Assembly (NCBI GenBank): GCA_002317145.1
Contig: DCIT01000030.1
Location: 3,580 to 37,817, forward strand
Length of the DNA stretch: 34,238 nucleotides
Direction: 5' to 3'
From: Bacillales bacterium UBA1719
GTDB lineage: Bacteria; Bacillota_I; Bacilli_A; RFN20; CAG-826
Shown one piece after another: positions 18,337-27,087 of the stretch (positions are counted from its first letter, which is position 1; every line of letters starts with the position of its first letter). Below the pieces are notes generated by a model. That model was not told where the DNA came from, did no database searches, and worked only from the letters and a program-made list of their open reading frames with translations. The translations under genes and the position numbers were made by a program.

Positions 18337-19899
18337 TTATTTTGCAGTTTCAGATGCGCGATATTCTCTAATAACATTGATCTTGATTTCACCTGGATAG
18401 GTAACTTCATTTTCAATTCTTTCTTTAATATCATGCGCCATCTTAAATGCTGCATCATCGTTAATCTCTTCTGGGACAACCATGACACGAACTTCTCTAC
18501 CAGATTGCATAGCGAATGCTTTATTAACTCCTGGATAGGAAGTACAAATCTTTTCAAGTTGTTCGATTCTTTGAACATAGGTTTCAAGAGTTTCACTTCT
18601 TGCACCTGGACGAGCGGCAGATAATGTATCTGCTGCAGCAACTAGAGTAGCAATAACATATTTAGATTCTGTATCACCATGGTGAGATTCAATTGCATTA
18701 ACAACAACATCTGGTTCACCAAATTTCTTTGCAAGTCTTCCACCTAATTGAACGTGAGTGCCATCAACTTCATAGTCAATTGCTTTACCTATATCATGTA
18801 ATAAACCTGCACGTTTAGCAGCGATTTGATCTAATCCTAATTCAGCAGCCATAATGCCTGCTAAATAAGCAACGTCCATAGAATGGTCATATGCATTTTG
18901 ACCATAAGATGTTCTAAATTTAAGTCTTCCAACATAATCTAGTAATTCATTAGAGATATGTGGTAATCCTAATTTAAACGCTGCTTCTTGACCAGCTTTA
19001 TGAATTTGTTCATTCATTTCTTCCGCAGCTTTCTTAGCAAACTCTTCAATTCTAGAAGGTTGGATTCTTCCATCCTTCATTAAGTATTCAAGAGTTCTTT
19101 TAGCGATTTCTCTTCTAATAGGATTAAAGGATGAGACAGTAATTGTTTCTGGAGTATCATCAATAATTAAATCAACTCCTAATAATTGTTCAATAGTACG
19201 GATGTTACGTCCTTCTCTACCAATTATTCTTCCTTTCATTTCATCGCTTGGTAATTGAACAGTGGTAACTGAATGCATGGTAATTTCATCTTGCGCATAC
19301 TTAGCAGTAGCAAGAGCAATTAAATTACGAGCTTTATCAGCGCATTCTTCTTCTGCTTGTTCTGTTCTCTTTTTCATATAAGCAGTGATTTCATGATCCA
19401 TCTTTTCTTTGACGCGATCTAAAACTTCTTTCTTAGCATCTTCTTGAGACATCTTAGCAACTTTCTCAAGTTCAACAATGATTGAGTCAATCTTTGTTTG
19501 AAGTTCCTTTTGCTTATTCTCTAAGTTCTTAAGTTCGTTATCAAGTTTGTTAGATTTAGAATCAACAATCTTTTCTTTCTCACTTAAGTTAGCATCTCTT
19601 CTTTCAATGCTATTTTCTCTTTGATTAAGTTTATTCTCTTGAGCTGCTAACTCAGACTTTCTTTCCTTAATCTCTTTTTCTGCTTCTTGTTTCATTTCAT
19701 AAGCAGTTTGTTTTGCCTCTACTTGAGCAGTGTGGATTATCTTTCCACTTCTATCTTCAGCTTCAGCAATAATTTTTGTTGCTTTCTTATTCGCAGATTC
19801 ACCTTTTTTATTTTGTCTGATTATATAGACTATTAAACCAATACAACCTAAAAAGGCTACAATAGCGAGTACTAAGAAGGCAGTAGCTAAACTATTCAT
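18337..19899 (-). CDS. rny: Ribonuclease Y
   Basis: 520 aa with an N-terminal TM helix, a coiled-coil, a KH domain (GRIIGREGRNIR) and an HD domain (LLHDIGKA). Confidence 0.95.
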   Translation of the reverse strand: MNSLATAFLVLAIVAFLGCIGLIVYIIRQNKKGESANKKATKIIAEAEDRSGKIIHTAQVEAKQTAYEMKQEAEKEIKERKSELAAQENKLNQRENSIERRDANLSEKEKIVDSKSNKLDNELKNLENKQKELQTKIDSIIVELEKVAKMSQEDAKKEVLDRVKEKMDHEITAYMKKRTEQAEEECADKARNLIALATAKYAQDEITMHSVTTVQLPSDEMKGRIIGREGRNIRTIEQLLGVDLIIDDTPETITVSSFNPIRREIAKRTLEYLMKDGRIQPSRIEEFAKKAAEEMNEQIHKAGQEAAFKLGLPHISNELLDYVGRLKFRTSYGQNAYDHSMDVAYLAGIMAAELGLDQIAAKRAGLLHDIGKAIDYEVDGTHVQLGGRLAKKFGEPDVVVNAIESHHGDTESKYVIATLVAAADTLSAARPGARSETLETYVQRIEQLEKICTSYPGVNKAFAMQSGREVRVMVVPEEINDDAAFKMAHDIKERIENEVTYPGEIKINVIREYRASETAK

Positions 19900-20037
19900 T
19901 TATAGTTTCCCCCTAAATATATGTACAGTTATTTACTAAAATAAATTATATTTATATATCAATTTTTGATTATTAGAATAATTTATACGTTAACGACGTA
20001 CATATTTATTATAAAGCAAAATAATATATAAATAGTA

Positions 20038-20066
20038 AATAAAAAAGAGACTCTTTAGAGTCTCCT
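20038..20066 (-). terminator. Terminator of the orf216-lipoprotein operon
   Basis: Minus strand: GAGACTC-TAAA-GAGTCTC followed by TTTTTTATTT. Confidence 0.8.
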
Positions 20067-20083
20067 TTTCATTAATTTAATTA

Positions 20084-21994
20084 TTATTTATAAGATGTAT
20101 TAGTCCAAGTGCCTTGTTTATTATTAACTTTTACTAAATCTGAATTAGCAAATAATAATCCTTCTCCCATCATATAGTTATAAGTTCCACTATTGAAGTT
20201 GAGATTAGTCATTTTAGAGTTCTTAGCTTGTTCAACATTAACGATATATTCAAGATTAGAAGTTAATGTTGAATCTTCAACAGTAATATTTAATTCAGCA
20301 TCATCATATTTATCTTTAGCTACATAAATAACTGAACCATCATAAAGTCTACCCGAATATTGTTCACCTGATCCCGTAGCAGTTAATTTAGTAGAGTTCT
20401 TTATACTTAATGTTCCTGATGTAGCGGTGATACAAGAAAGACCATTAATCTTACCGCCTTGGATATCAACAGTAGTTTCAGATGGGAAATATAAACAAGT
20501 ATTATTAGAAGAGGTTAATGTTCCTCCATAAAGATTCACCGTAGCTCCATTTAAATTTTCTTTTCCATATAAGCAGAAATCATTAGATTCAAGAACGCCG
20601 AATTCAACATTAATGTGAGAACCATTACCGACTGCGCCTACGCACCCATATGCTGTTTTATTTGAAGTTTCATTAACACAGGATATCTTTCCTCCATACA
20701 TTATGAAGTTAGCATCTTTTTTCACAGTAGCACCGATTTGACCTAAAACTGTAACAGCTGCTGCGACAGGTCTATCAGATAACTTTTCTGAGTTAGTGAC
20801 TGTTTGAGTAATTTTCCCACTGTTTAGCACTAAATTGCTAACTGGTATTTCTCCTTTTGAAGTTAATTTGTTCGCACCTGCAACGATAATTGAACAGTTA
20901 TTTAATGAAATGCCAGAATGTTCATCTAAAACACCTTGAGAATCTATGATATATAAACTTTTATCTACAACTTTATCATCAACAACATCAGATTGAATTC
21001 TTATAGCTTCAGAATAATTACTGCTCCCTTTATCAAAGTTAGTAAATGATAATTTAAAACCATTTAAATCAATGCATAAAGGACGACCAACAGTCAAAGC
21101 ACTAAGAGGGCTATCTAAAGTTCCTTCATATATAATATCGGATTCTAATCTCAAGAAAGACTCTAGATGAGTGCTAGCAGCCATACATTCTCTTAAATCA
21201 GTACCATTTGTAATAGATTTCTTATTTAATTTATAAGCAGTAGCATGCTTCTCAACAGGTTCATAATTTATTAATCCATAAACTTTAGAATCTGCTTCAT
21301 ATGTTAATTTAACATCCCCACTATTTTTTTCAGCATTCTCAAACATATCTAATGCACATACTTCATCATTAGAAACATATACCTCACCTTTAACAGCTTT
21401 CATATACGCTGATTCACCATGCTCATTATATTTAGCGCATTCAGTAACAATAACGTTAGTGGCGTCTTCATAGTGAGTAATAGTTTGAGTAGGTGCTAAT
21501 ACAGAGAAGTAATCGCAATACGCCCTAACTAAAACATTTCTGTTATCTCTAGATTCATTCGCATATGCAATATTACGAATATCCATATGTGTACCAGCAT
21601 CAAATCCAGTAGTAATTAATAACGCATCCATTGCAGGAGCTTCTTTTAATAAATACTGAGAATACTTTGAATTAGGATTATACGTAGTTACAAATTTAAA
21701 GTAATCTAATGTATCACTGCTTGGAGTATAACCATTAGATTTAGTGACTATCTTATCTCCTTCCATAATGACAAACTTTTTATTAACTGAGTCGTAAGCA
21801 TATTCTTTCTTATCATCTAATTTTAATTTAGCGAGTTTATCTCCGACTAAATTAACAGCATCATAACAAGTATGAACACTATCAGCTTTCTCTGTTAATA
21901 ACTTATTAGCTTCGTTTAATATATTTGAGTTATTATTGCACCCTGCCATAAAAGGAAGAGCCATTAAACTTATTATAAATAAATGTCTTTTCAT
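20084..21994 (-). CDS. Surface lipoprotein, beta-helix-like, paralog of the upstream gene
   Basis: Start chosen at MKRHLFIISLMALPFMAGC (lipobox) with AAGGAGGA 5 nt upstream. The maximal ORF extends to 22024. Confidence 0.8.
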   Translation of the reverse strand: MKRHLFIISLMALPFMAGCNNNSNILNEANKLLTEKADSVHTCYDAVNLVGDKLAKLKLDDKKEYAYDSVNKKFVIMEGDKIVTKSNGYTPSSDTLDYFKFVTTYNPNSKYSQYLLKEAPAMDALLITTGFDAGTHMDIRNIAYANESRDNRNVLVRAYCDYFSVLAPTQTITHYEDATNVIVTECAKYNEHGESAYMKAVKGEVYVSNDEVCALDMFENAEKNSGDVKLTYEADSKVYGLINYEPVEKHATAYKLNKKSITNGTDLRECMAASTHLESFLRLESDIIYEGTLDSPLSALTVGRPLCIDLNGFKLSFTNFDKGSSNYSEAIRIQSDVVDDKVVDKSLYIIDSQGVLDEHSGISLNNCSIIVAGANKLTSKGEIPVSNLVLNSGKITQTVTNSEKLSDRPVAAAVTVLGQIGATVKKDANFIMYGGKISCVNETSNKTAYGCVGAVGNGSHINVEFGVLESNDFCLYGKENLNGATVNLYGGTLTSSNNTCLYFPSETTVDIQGGKINGLSCITATSGTLSIKNSTKLTATGSGEQYSGRLYDGSVIYVAKDKYDDAELNITVEDSTLTSNLEYIVNVEQAKNSKMTNLNFNSGTYNYMMGEGLLFANSDLVKVNNKQGTWTNTSYK

Positions 21995-22005
21995 AACTAT
22001 CCTCC

Positions 22006-24087
22006 TTATGCTATTTGATTCCATGTTCCGCCGTTAATAGAACATTCAAAATAATCTTTATACGATTCTGTTAAATCTGATGCATATTTGTCTTTCTTGT
22101 AGTTAAATACTCCATCTTCAACTGTAACAGATGCTTTGCTCAATATAAATTTACTTTCTTTAACATATCCAGAATTTTTAATAATGTAAGCATTTTTACT
22201 AGTCATAGTTGCATACTTAATATTAATATTTAAAGGTACATCAATAGCGCCTTGATAATATCTGTTAGATTCCATAAATATTACTGAACCATCAGCAGCA
22301 CTTCCAGAATCTCCAGCTGTAGCAGATGGATTATCACCAATAGCATTAAATACACCACCATAAATATTTATTGTTCCAGCTTTAGCATTAATACAAGAAG
22401 GCCCTGTAATAGTTGCTCCGGTTATATTTACTTCTCCTGCTTGAGGGAAAAATAATGGAGTGTAATTATATCCAGTTGATTCATGAGTGCCATCATCATA
22501 AGCCGGCTCTTTTCCACCTGTTAAATAACCACCAGTAATATTAATTACAGTCTTACCGTATCTATCAACGTTAGGAGCAGCCGTGCCTTGACAGCTAATG
22601 CAATAATGGAATGAATCTAAATCTCCATATATCATGTTAACAATTGCTCCATTGCCTCTTGGCTGGATGCATTTGCAGGCAATATGTTTACGCCAAGTAT
22701 CACCAGTTTTTATTACTGTATCGGCCTTACTTCCCCACTCAGTTTTTATATATCCGCCGTACATATAAAATGCAGAATGCCTTTCGCTTTCTCTATCCGT
22801 ATTGCTTACATTCCCCATCACTAATACAGCTGGTCTATTTCTATAGCTACCAGTTAAATTTGATGTACATTTGACATCATGTATCTTACCTGAATTCATA
22901 TAAAAATTAACAGGTTTATTTGCATCGGTGCTGCCTTCTACTATGATGCTGCAATCTAATAAATTAATACCTGATCTAGGATATAAGGAGCTTTGAGTGT
23001 CAACCAAAAATGCGTTTATAGATGAATCGCCTTTAACAAGTATTCCAGGATAATAAGGTGTTGAATCGCCATCATATTGGACTCCTTTCGATTGTCCGCA
23101 ATCAAATGTTATGCTTCTTCCATTTAAATCAAAAAATAAATCTCTTTTAAATTGGATATAACCTTCTTTAGTAACTGTTTCGCCAGATTTTTCTTCTTTA
23201 AGAACAATATCTCTAGCCTCAGTAGTTAAACGATAGAAATTATATTCAGTATTATCTAAATAGCTTTGTATAGTATTTGCAGTTAAAGTAGGATCATTAA
23301 TCTCTTTTATCTTCGCTGTACTTTGCGCGCGTACACTATCCGCATTCACTCTCATTAATATATTACTGCCTTCTGATTGTTTAATGTTTACAGAAGATCC
23401 ATTTGGAATTTCAAATAAATCTGAATATGATCCAGATTCTAAATAAACATTCCCTCCTGCAGCTTGAATATAACAACAAGATCCATATTCATGATAACTA
23501 CCACTTAATGTTGAAGGAATAAATACGTTATTTGAACTTCCGTAGTGATAAATATTATCTTTAGTAGTTGAAATATTTAAATAGTCACAACTAACATTTA
23601 ACAAAATATCTTTTTCGGTATCAGTAGAATTAAAATAAGTAATATTTTTTACATTATTATTCTCACCCATATCTAATCCAGTAGTGACTACTAATAAATC
23701 AGAACCAGCAAAATTTCTTGTTAAGTATTGAGAGTAGGTTGATCTACTATCATAGACATCACTAAATTTAAATATGTGATAAGTATTACTATTTTTCTTA
23801 TATCCTTTTGGGGCGTAAGTAACATTATCACCATTCATTATTGTGAATTGTTTTGTATCAATATCAAAAGCAATATTGTTACTTGTTTTCTTTAAGGTAT
23901 ATCCATTAATATCTACACCTTTCTCATAAGCATAAGTAACAGCAGAAGATGGAGTGGTAATATTATTCTTTTCACTCTCTATAGCTTTGTTTGCTTGATC
24001 AATAAATTTGTTATCGGCATCATTGTTACATCCAATAAGAAAACTCACTGCGGCTATTGATAACACCGCTAAACTTCTAATTCTCAT
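22006..24087 (-). CDS. Surface lipoprotein, beta-helix-like
   Basis: Start chosen at MRIRSLAVLSIAAVSFLIGC (lipobox), 9 nt after a G7 SD-like tract. The maximal ORF extends to 24096. The head domain and the C-terminal G-rich beta-helix are paralogous to 20084..21994. Confidence 0.8.
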   Translation of the reverse strand: MRIRSLAVLSIAAVSFLIGCNNDADNKFIDQANKAIESEKNNITTPSSAVTYAYEKGVDINGYTLKKTSNNIAFDIDTKQFTIMNGDNVTYAPKGYKKNSNTYHIFKFSDVYDSRSTYSQYLTRNFAGSDLLVVTTGLDMGENNNVKNITYFNSTDTEKDILLNVSCDYLNISTTKDNIYHYGSSNNVFIPSTLSGSYHEYGSCCYIQAAGGNVYLESGSYSDLFEIPNGSSVNIKQSEGSNILMRVNADSVRAQSTAKIKEINDPTLTANTIQSYLDNTEYNFYRLTTEARDIVLKEEKSGETVTKEGYIQFKRDLFFDLNGRSITFDCGQSKGVQYDGDSTPYYPGILVKGDSSINAFLVDTQSSLYPRSGINLLDCSIIVEGSTDANKPVNFYMNSGKIHDVKCTSNLTGSYRNRPAVLVMGNVSNTDRESERHSAFYMYGGYIKTEWGSKADTVIKTGDTWRKHIACKCIQPRGNGAIVNMIYGDLDSFHYCISCQGTAAPNVDRYGKTVINITGGYLTGGKEPAYDDGTHESTGYNYTPLFFPQAGEVNITGATITGPSCINAKAGTINIYGGVFNAIGDNPSATAGDSGSAADGSVIFMESNRYYQGAIDVPLNINIKYATMTSKNAYIIKNSGYVKESKFILSKASVTVEDGVFNYKKDKYASDLTESYKDYFECSINGGTWNQIA

Positions 24088-24116
24088 AATTTTCATCCCC
24101 CCCTAAATTATTTAAA

Positions 24117-24767
24117 TTATTTTATATAACTCTTAATCTTACTTTTATAGTCAGATATGTGATTGAAGAATATTTCTTTAAATTCATTAACTGCGATACT
24201 AGGATCTTCATGGTCAAAGCGATTATCTACTCTTAAGAATGGTTCATATATCTCAGCGAATTTCATTAATAATTCTTCTGGGATATTTATCTTTCCTAAT
24301 TTAGATGCAATTGCGAATGCTTTCATTAATCTATTTCTAATTGGTTCTACATATTCATATATGCATGTCTTAATATATAAGACTTCTTCTGGAGTAGCAT
24401 CTGGTAACATAAGATAAGTATTCTTAAATTTCTTATCACTCTTTTTAATAGTGGATTGTAAATAATGATCTAATCTAATACATCCATCTAAGTCTCCAAA
24501 GTCTGCAATATAAAGCATCTCTAAATAAGATACTTTCTCTCCGTTAGTACCTATATCAAGTAATGAGTATTGTAAAACGCAGTTAAAATCTTTAACCATG
24601 TTCTTAAATCCTGTCGCATCCTTTGAATCATTTAACTTCTTTGATTTATCGTTAAAAATATCTTTGCGCGCTTTTAATGGAAGCTTAAGATAGAGTTTAT
24701 ACAACTCTTCTATTAATGCTTCATAGGCAACCTTGCCTCTTCTAAAAATATCCGGTGTTTGTTCCAT
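24117..24767 (-). CDS. Hypothetical cytoplasmic protein (216 aa), no recognisable domain
   Basis: Long ORF with no TM helix or signal peptide. It sits 20 nt upstream of the lipoprotein genes with no terminator between them. Confidence 0.6.
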   Translation of the reverse strand: MEQTPDIFRRGKVAYEALIEELYKLYLKLPLKARKDIFNDKSKKLNDSKDATGFKNMVKDFNCVLQYSLLDIGTNGEKVSYLEMLYIADFGDLDGCIRLDHYLQSTIKKSDKKFKNTYLMLPDATPEEVLYIKTCIYEYVEPIRNRLMKAFAIASKLGKINIPEELLMKFAEIYEPFLRVDNRFDHEDPSIAVNEFKEIFFNHISDYKSKIKSYIK

Positions 24768-24777
24768 ACGATTATCA

Positions 24778-24807
24778 ATTTTAGCAAATCTAGTATAAAG
24801 AATTCAA
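24778..24807 (-). promoter_or_regulatory. Promoter of orf216 (TTGAAT-N18-TAAAAT with a TGn extended -10)
   Basis: The -10 box ends only 10 nt before the ATG and no SD is present, implying a leaderless or near-leaderless mRNA. Confidence 0.5.
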
Positions 24808-24812
24808 ATTAT

Positions 24813-24838
24813 TTTAAAAAAGGACCTAAAGGTCCTTA
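24813..24838 (-). terminator. Terminator of the ATPase gene
   Basis: Minus strand: AAGGACC-TTTA-GGTCCTT followed by TTTTTT. Confidence 0.8.
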
Positions 24839-24840
24839 AT

Positions 24841-25899
24841 TTATTTATCTCCTTCTATATAAGCAGTAAATAAAACGAATTCTTTAAACCTTGGTAATGC
24901 TAATTTAATACTTCCTCTTTTATCAGAGATTATTAAACCTGAAAATAGAAGTGATTTTCTATAAACTTGAAATTCATTGTTTTTCATTTTTAATTTATTT
25001 AATAATTCAGAATGTGACATCTCTTTATTGTTCGCTAAAGTTTCAATTACTAATCTTTCTTTTTTAGATAACTCTTTCCAAATTTGAGAATATGAACGAT
25101 CTTCCATGATAATGTCAAACTCATCTTTAATTTTATCGGTGATTTCATATTTCTTTTCTTTAAATAATAGACTACCTAATATTTGAAATGCGTATGCATA
25201 TCCACATGTGAACATAGCAAAATTAATAGATGTTTCTAAATCAACTTTAAAAATCTCTTTATATGTTGTTGCAATTGCACGTATACTTAAAGGCTCAACT
25301 AATATTTTAGGAGCTCTTAACAAAAATGTAAGTGACTTATCACTATATAAAGAACTTACATTGTTGTATATTCCTGTCGCTATAAAATACAAAGAATATC
25401 CTTGCCTAATTAAACTTTGATAAGCTTGAACAAAAGCTTTTACATAATCGTTTTTAGCAATATCATCTACTGTAAATAAGACTTTGATGTTCTTCCTTTT
25501 TAAATATTCAAGCATTTGTTTTAATAAAGAAAAAATGTCTTTGATTTTTTTATCTCCGATTAATGAGAAAGAAACGCCTTTAAAGGAAAATGAAAATTCT
25601 TTTTTTATAAATAAATTTTTGATTTTAGCAGAATCATATAAGCGCACAGCAGCTTGTTCAAGCATTTCCATGCAAGGATTAAGATCGATGCTTATCCAAT
25701 TATCCATTGAATCAAATTCTTTAATAATCTGAGCTAATAAAACTGTTTTACCACATCCTCTAGGACCAGTAATTATGTATGATTCCACATTTGGATTTTT
25801 ATTATTAAATGTATTGATGACGTGATCAATAGTATTTTGTCTATAGATTAACTTTAATGGTGTTTTTCCAAACGTAATATTAAATGGGTTGTCTTTCAT
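24841..25899 (-). CDS. P-loop ATPase (archaeal-ATPase / Orc1-Cdc6-like AAA family) with a C-terminal winged-helix domain
   Basis: Walker A GPRGCGKT, Walker B VLFTVDD, and a C-terminal SHSELLNKL...YRKSLLFSGLI wHTH-like region. Start chosen at MKDNPFNITFGK. The maximal ORF (to 26034) runs through the recA terminator. An alternative start is at 25965. Confidence 0.75.
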   Translation of the reverse strand: MKDNPFNITFGKTPLKLIYRQNTIDHVINTFNNKNPNVESYIITGPRGCGKTVLLAQIIKEFDSMDNWISIDLNPCMEMLEQAAVRLYDSAKIKNLFIKKEFSFSFKGVSFSLIGDKKIKDIFSLLKQMLEYLKRKNIKVLFTVDDIAKNDYVKAFVQAYQSLIRQGYSLYFIATGIYNNVSSLYSDKSLTFLLRAPKILVEPLSIRAIATTYKEIFKVDLETSINFAMFTCGYAYAFQILGSLLFKEKKYEITDKIKDEFDIIMEDRSYSQIWKELSKKERLVIETLANNKEMSHSELLNKLKMKNNEFQVYRKSLLFSGLIISDKRGSIKLALPRFKEFVLFTAYIEGDK

Positions 25900-25935
25900 A
25901 TTTTCTATTTCCCAAATAATATTGTAATCGATATT

Positions 25936-26008
25936 TTGTCTTTTTAAAAATTTTTTGTCTTTCATTGTCTTTTGTTGTCTTTCATTGTCAATTAAAAAAT
26001 ATTTTGTC
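25936..26008 (-). repeat. Phased array of six GACAA direct repeats (spacing 19-10-10-10-19 bp) upstream of the ATPase gene
   Basis: Plus-strand TTGTC at 26004, 25985, 25975, 25965, 25955 and 25936, with a seventh at 25889 inside the start region. The 15-mer GACAATGAAAGACAA is duplicated exactly. Confidence 0.85.
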
Positions 26009-26013
26009 ATCCT

Positions 26014-26044
26014 TATAATAAGAAATAAGGGCATTAGCCCTTAT
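26014..26044 (-). terminator. recA terminator
   Basis: Minus strand: ATAAGGGC-TAAT-GCCCTTAT followed by TTCTTATTAT. Confidence 0.8.
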
Positions 26045-26048
26045 CATC

Positions 26049-27044
26049 TTATTCTTTTTTATCAGTAGGTTTTTTAATTCTTTGGAGAAGGTCGTCCGCT
26101 AGACCTAAATGCGATTCTAAATATCCAATTGCAGTATCTCTACCTTGACCGATTTTCTCTCCATCAAGTTCATACCATGAACCAGATTTTTTAATAAATC
26201 CACGATCAATCGCTAAATCTAATATCTCACCTTTCATAGATATGCCTTTACCATAAATAATATCAATAGTGCATGTCTTAAATGGTGGCGCGACTTTATT
26301 CTTTACTACTTTTACTTTGACAGTATTTCCGACTATATCATTGCCATTCTTAATAGCTTCTAATCTTCTAATATCAATTCTAACTGTGGCATAGAATTTT
26401 AATGCACGTCCTCCAGTAGTAGTCTCTGGATTACCATACATGACTCCAACTTTTTCTCTTAATTGATTAATAAAGATAACAGTTGTTTCTGTTTTGTTTA
26501 AGATACCCGCAAGTTTACGCATAGCTTTACTCATTAAGCGTGCTTGTAATCCAACTTGGTTATCTGACATAACTCCATCAAGTTCTGCTTGAGGGACTAA
26601 TGCTGCGACTGAATCAACTACAATAATTGCTATCTCTCCAGATTGAGCAAGCATCTCAGTAATTTCTAGAGCTTCTTCTCCACATCCAGGTTGAGAGAGT
26701 ATTAATTCATCAATATCGACTCCTAAGTTTTTAGCGTAAATAGGATCAATAGAATGTTCGGCATCAATGAATGCTGCTCTTCCACCTTTCTTTTGAGCTT
26801 CCGCTATCGCATGTAATGCTAAAGTAGTTTTGCCACTACTCTCAGGACCGAATATTTCTATTATTCTTCCTTTTGGATATCCTCCAACACCTAAAGTTTC
26901 ATCAAGTAATAATGAACCGCTAGAAATAGTGTCAACATCAACATTAGGACGTTCTCCTAATTTCATGACACTGCCTTTACCATATATCTTTTCGATATTC
27001 TTTAAAGCAGATTCTAGACTTATATTTTTTTCTTCTTTTGACAT
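26049..27044 (-). CDS. recA: Recombinase RecA
   Basis: 331 aa with GPESSGKTT Walker [11 protein letters not shown] Walker B and [22 protein letters not shown]. Confidence 0.97.
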   Translation of the reverse strand: MSKEEKNISLESALKNIEKIYGKGSVMKLGERPNVDVDTISSGSLLLDETLGVGGYPKGRIIEIFGPESSGKTTLALHAIAEAQKKGGRAAFIDAEHSIDPIYAKNLGVDIDELILSQPGCGEEALEITEMLAQSGEIAIIVVDSVAALVPQAELDGVMSDNQVGLQARLMSKAMRKLAGILNKTETTVIFINQLREKVGVMYGNPETTTGGRALKFYATVRIDIRRLEAIKNGNDIVGNTVKVKVVKNKVAPPFKTCTIDIIYGKGISMKGEILDLAIDRGFIKKSGSWYELDGEKIGQGRDTAIGYLESHLGLADDLLQRIKKPTDKKE

Positions 27045-27087
27045 AATGTCCTCCTAATTGTTAATTAATGAAACTCACTTATTTTTA

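Noticed and set aside
18333-18641. 102-aa ORF overlapping the 3' end of rny in another frame
   Set aside because: It is fully contained within the well-supported RNase Y coding sequence on the same strand. It has no SD or recognisable motif and is an AT-rich frame artefact.
19975-20000. CGTTAACG / ACGT palindromes in the rny promoter region
   Set aside because: They are short self-complementary tetramers and octamers with no recognisable regulator consensus, and are likely chance in a 180-bp spacer.
25900-26034. N-terminal 45-residue extension of the ATPase ORF. Similar extensions occur at 21995-22024, 24088-24096, 8172-8213 and 28214-28219
   Set aside because: - The ATPase extension runs through the recA terminator hairpin.
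- The other extensions precede better SD-positioned ATGs and proper signal peptides.
- I treat all of them as ORF-caller over-extensions.
27045-27087. LexA/SOS box (CGAAC-N4-GTTCG) upstream of recA
   Set aside because: No match is visible in the 43-nt cinA-recA spacer or further upstream. recA appears to be co-transcribed with cinA.
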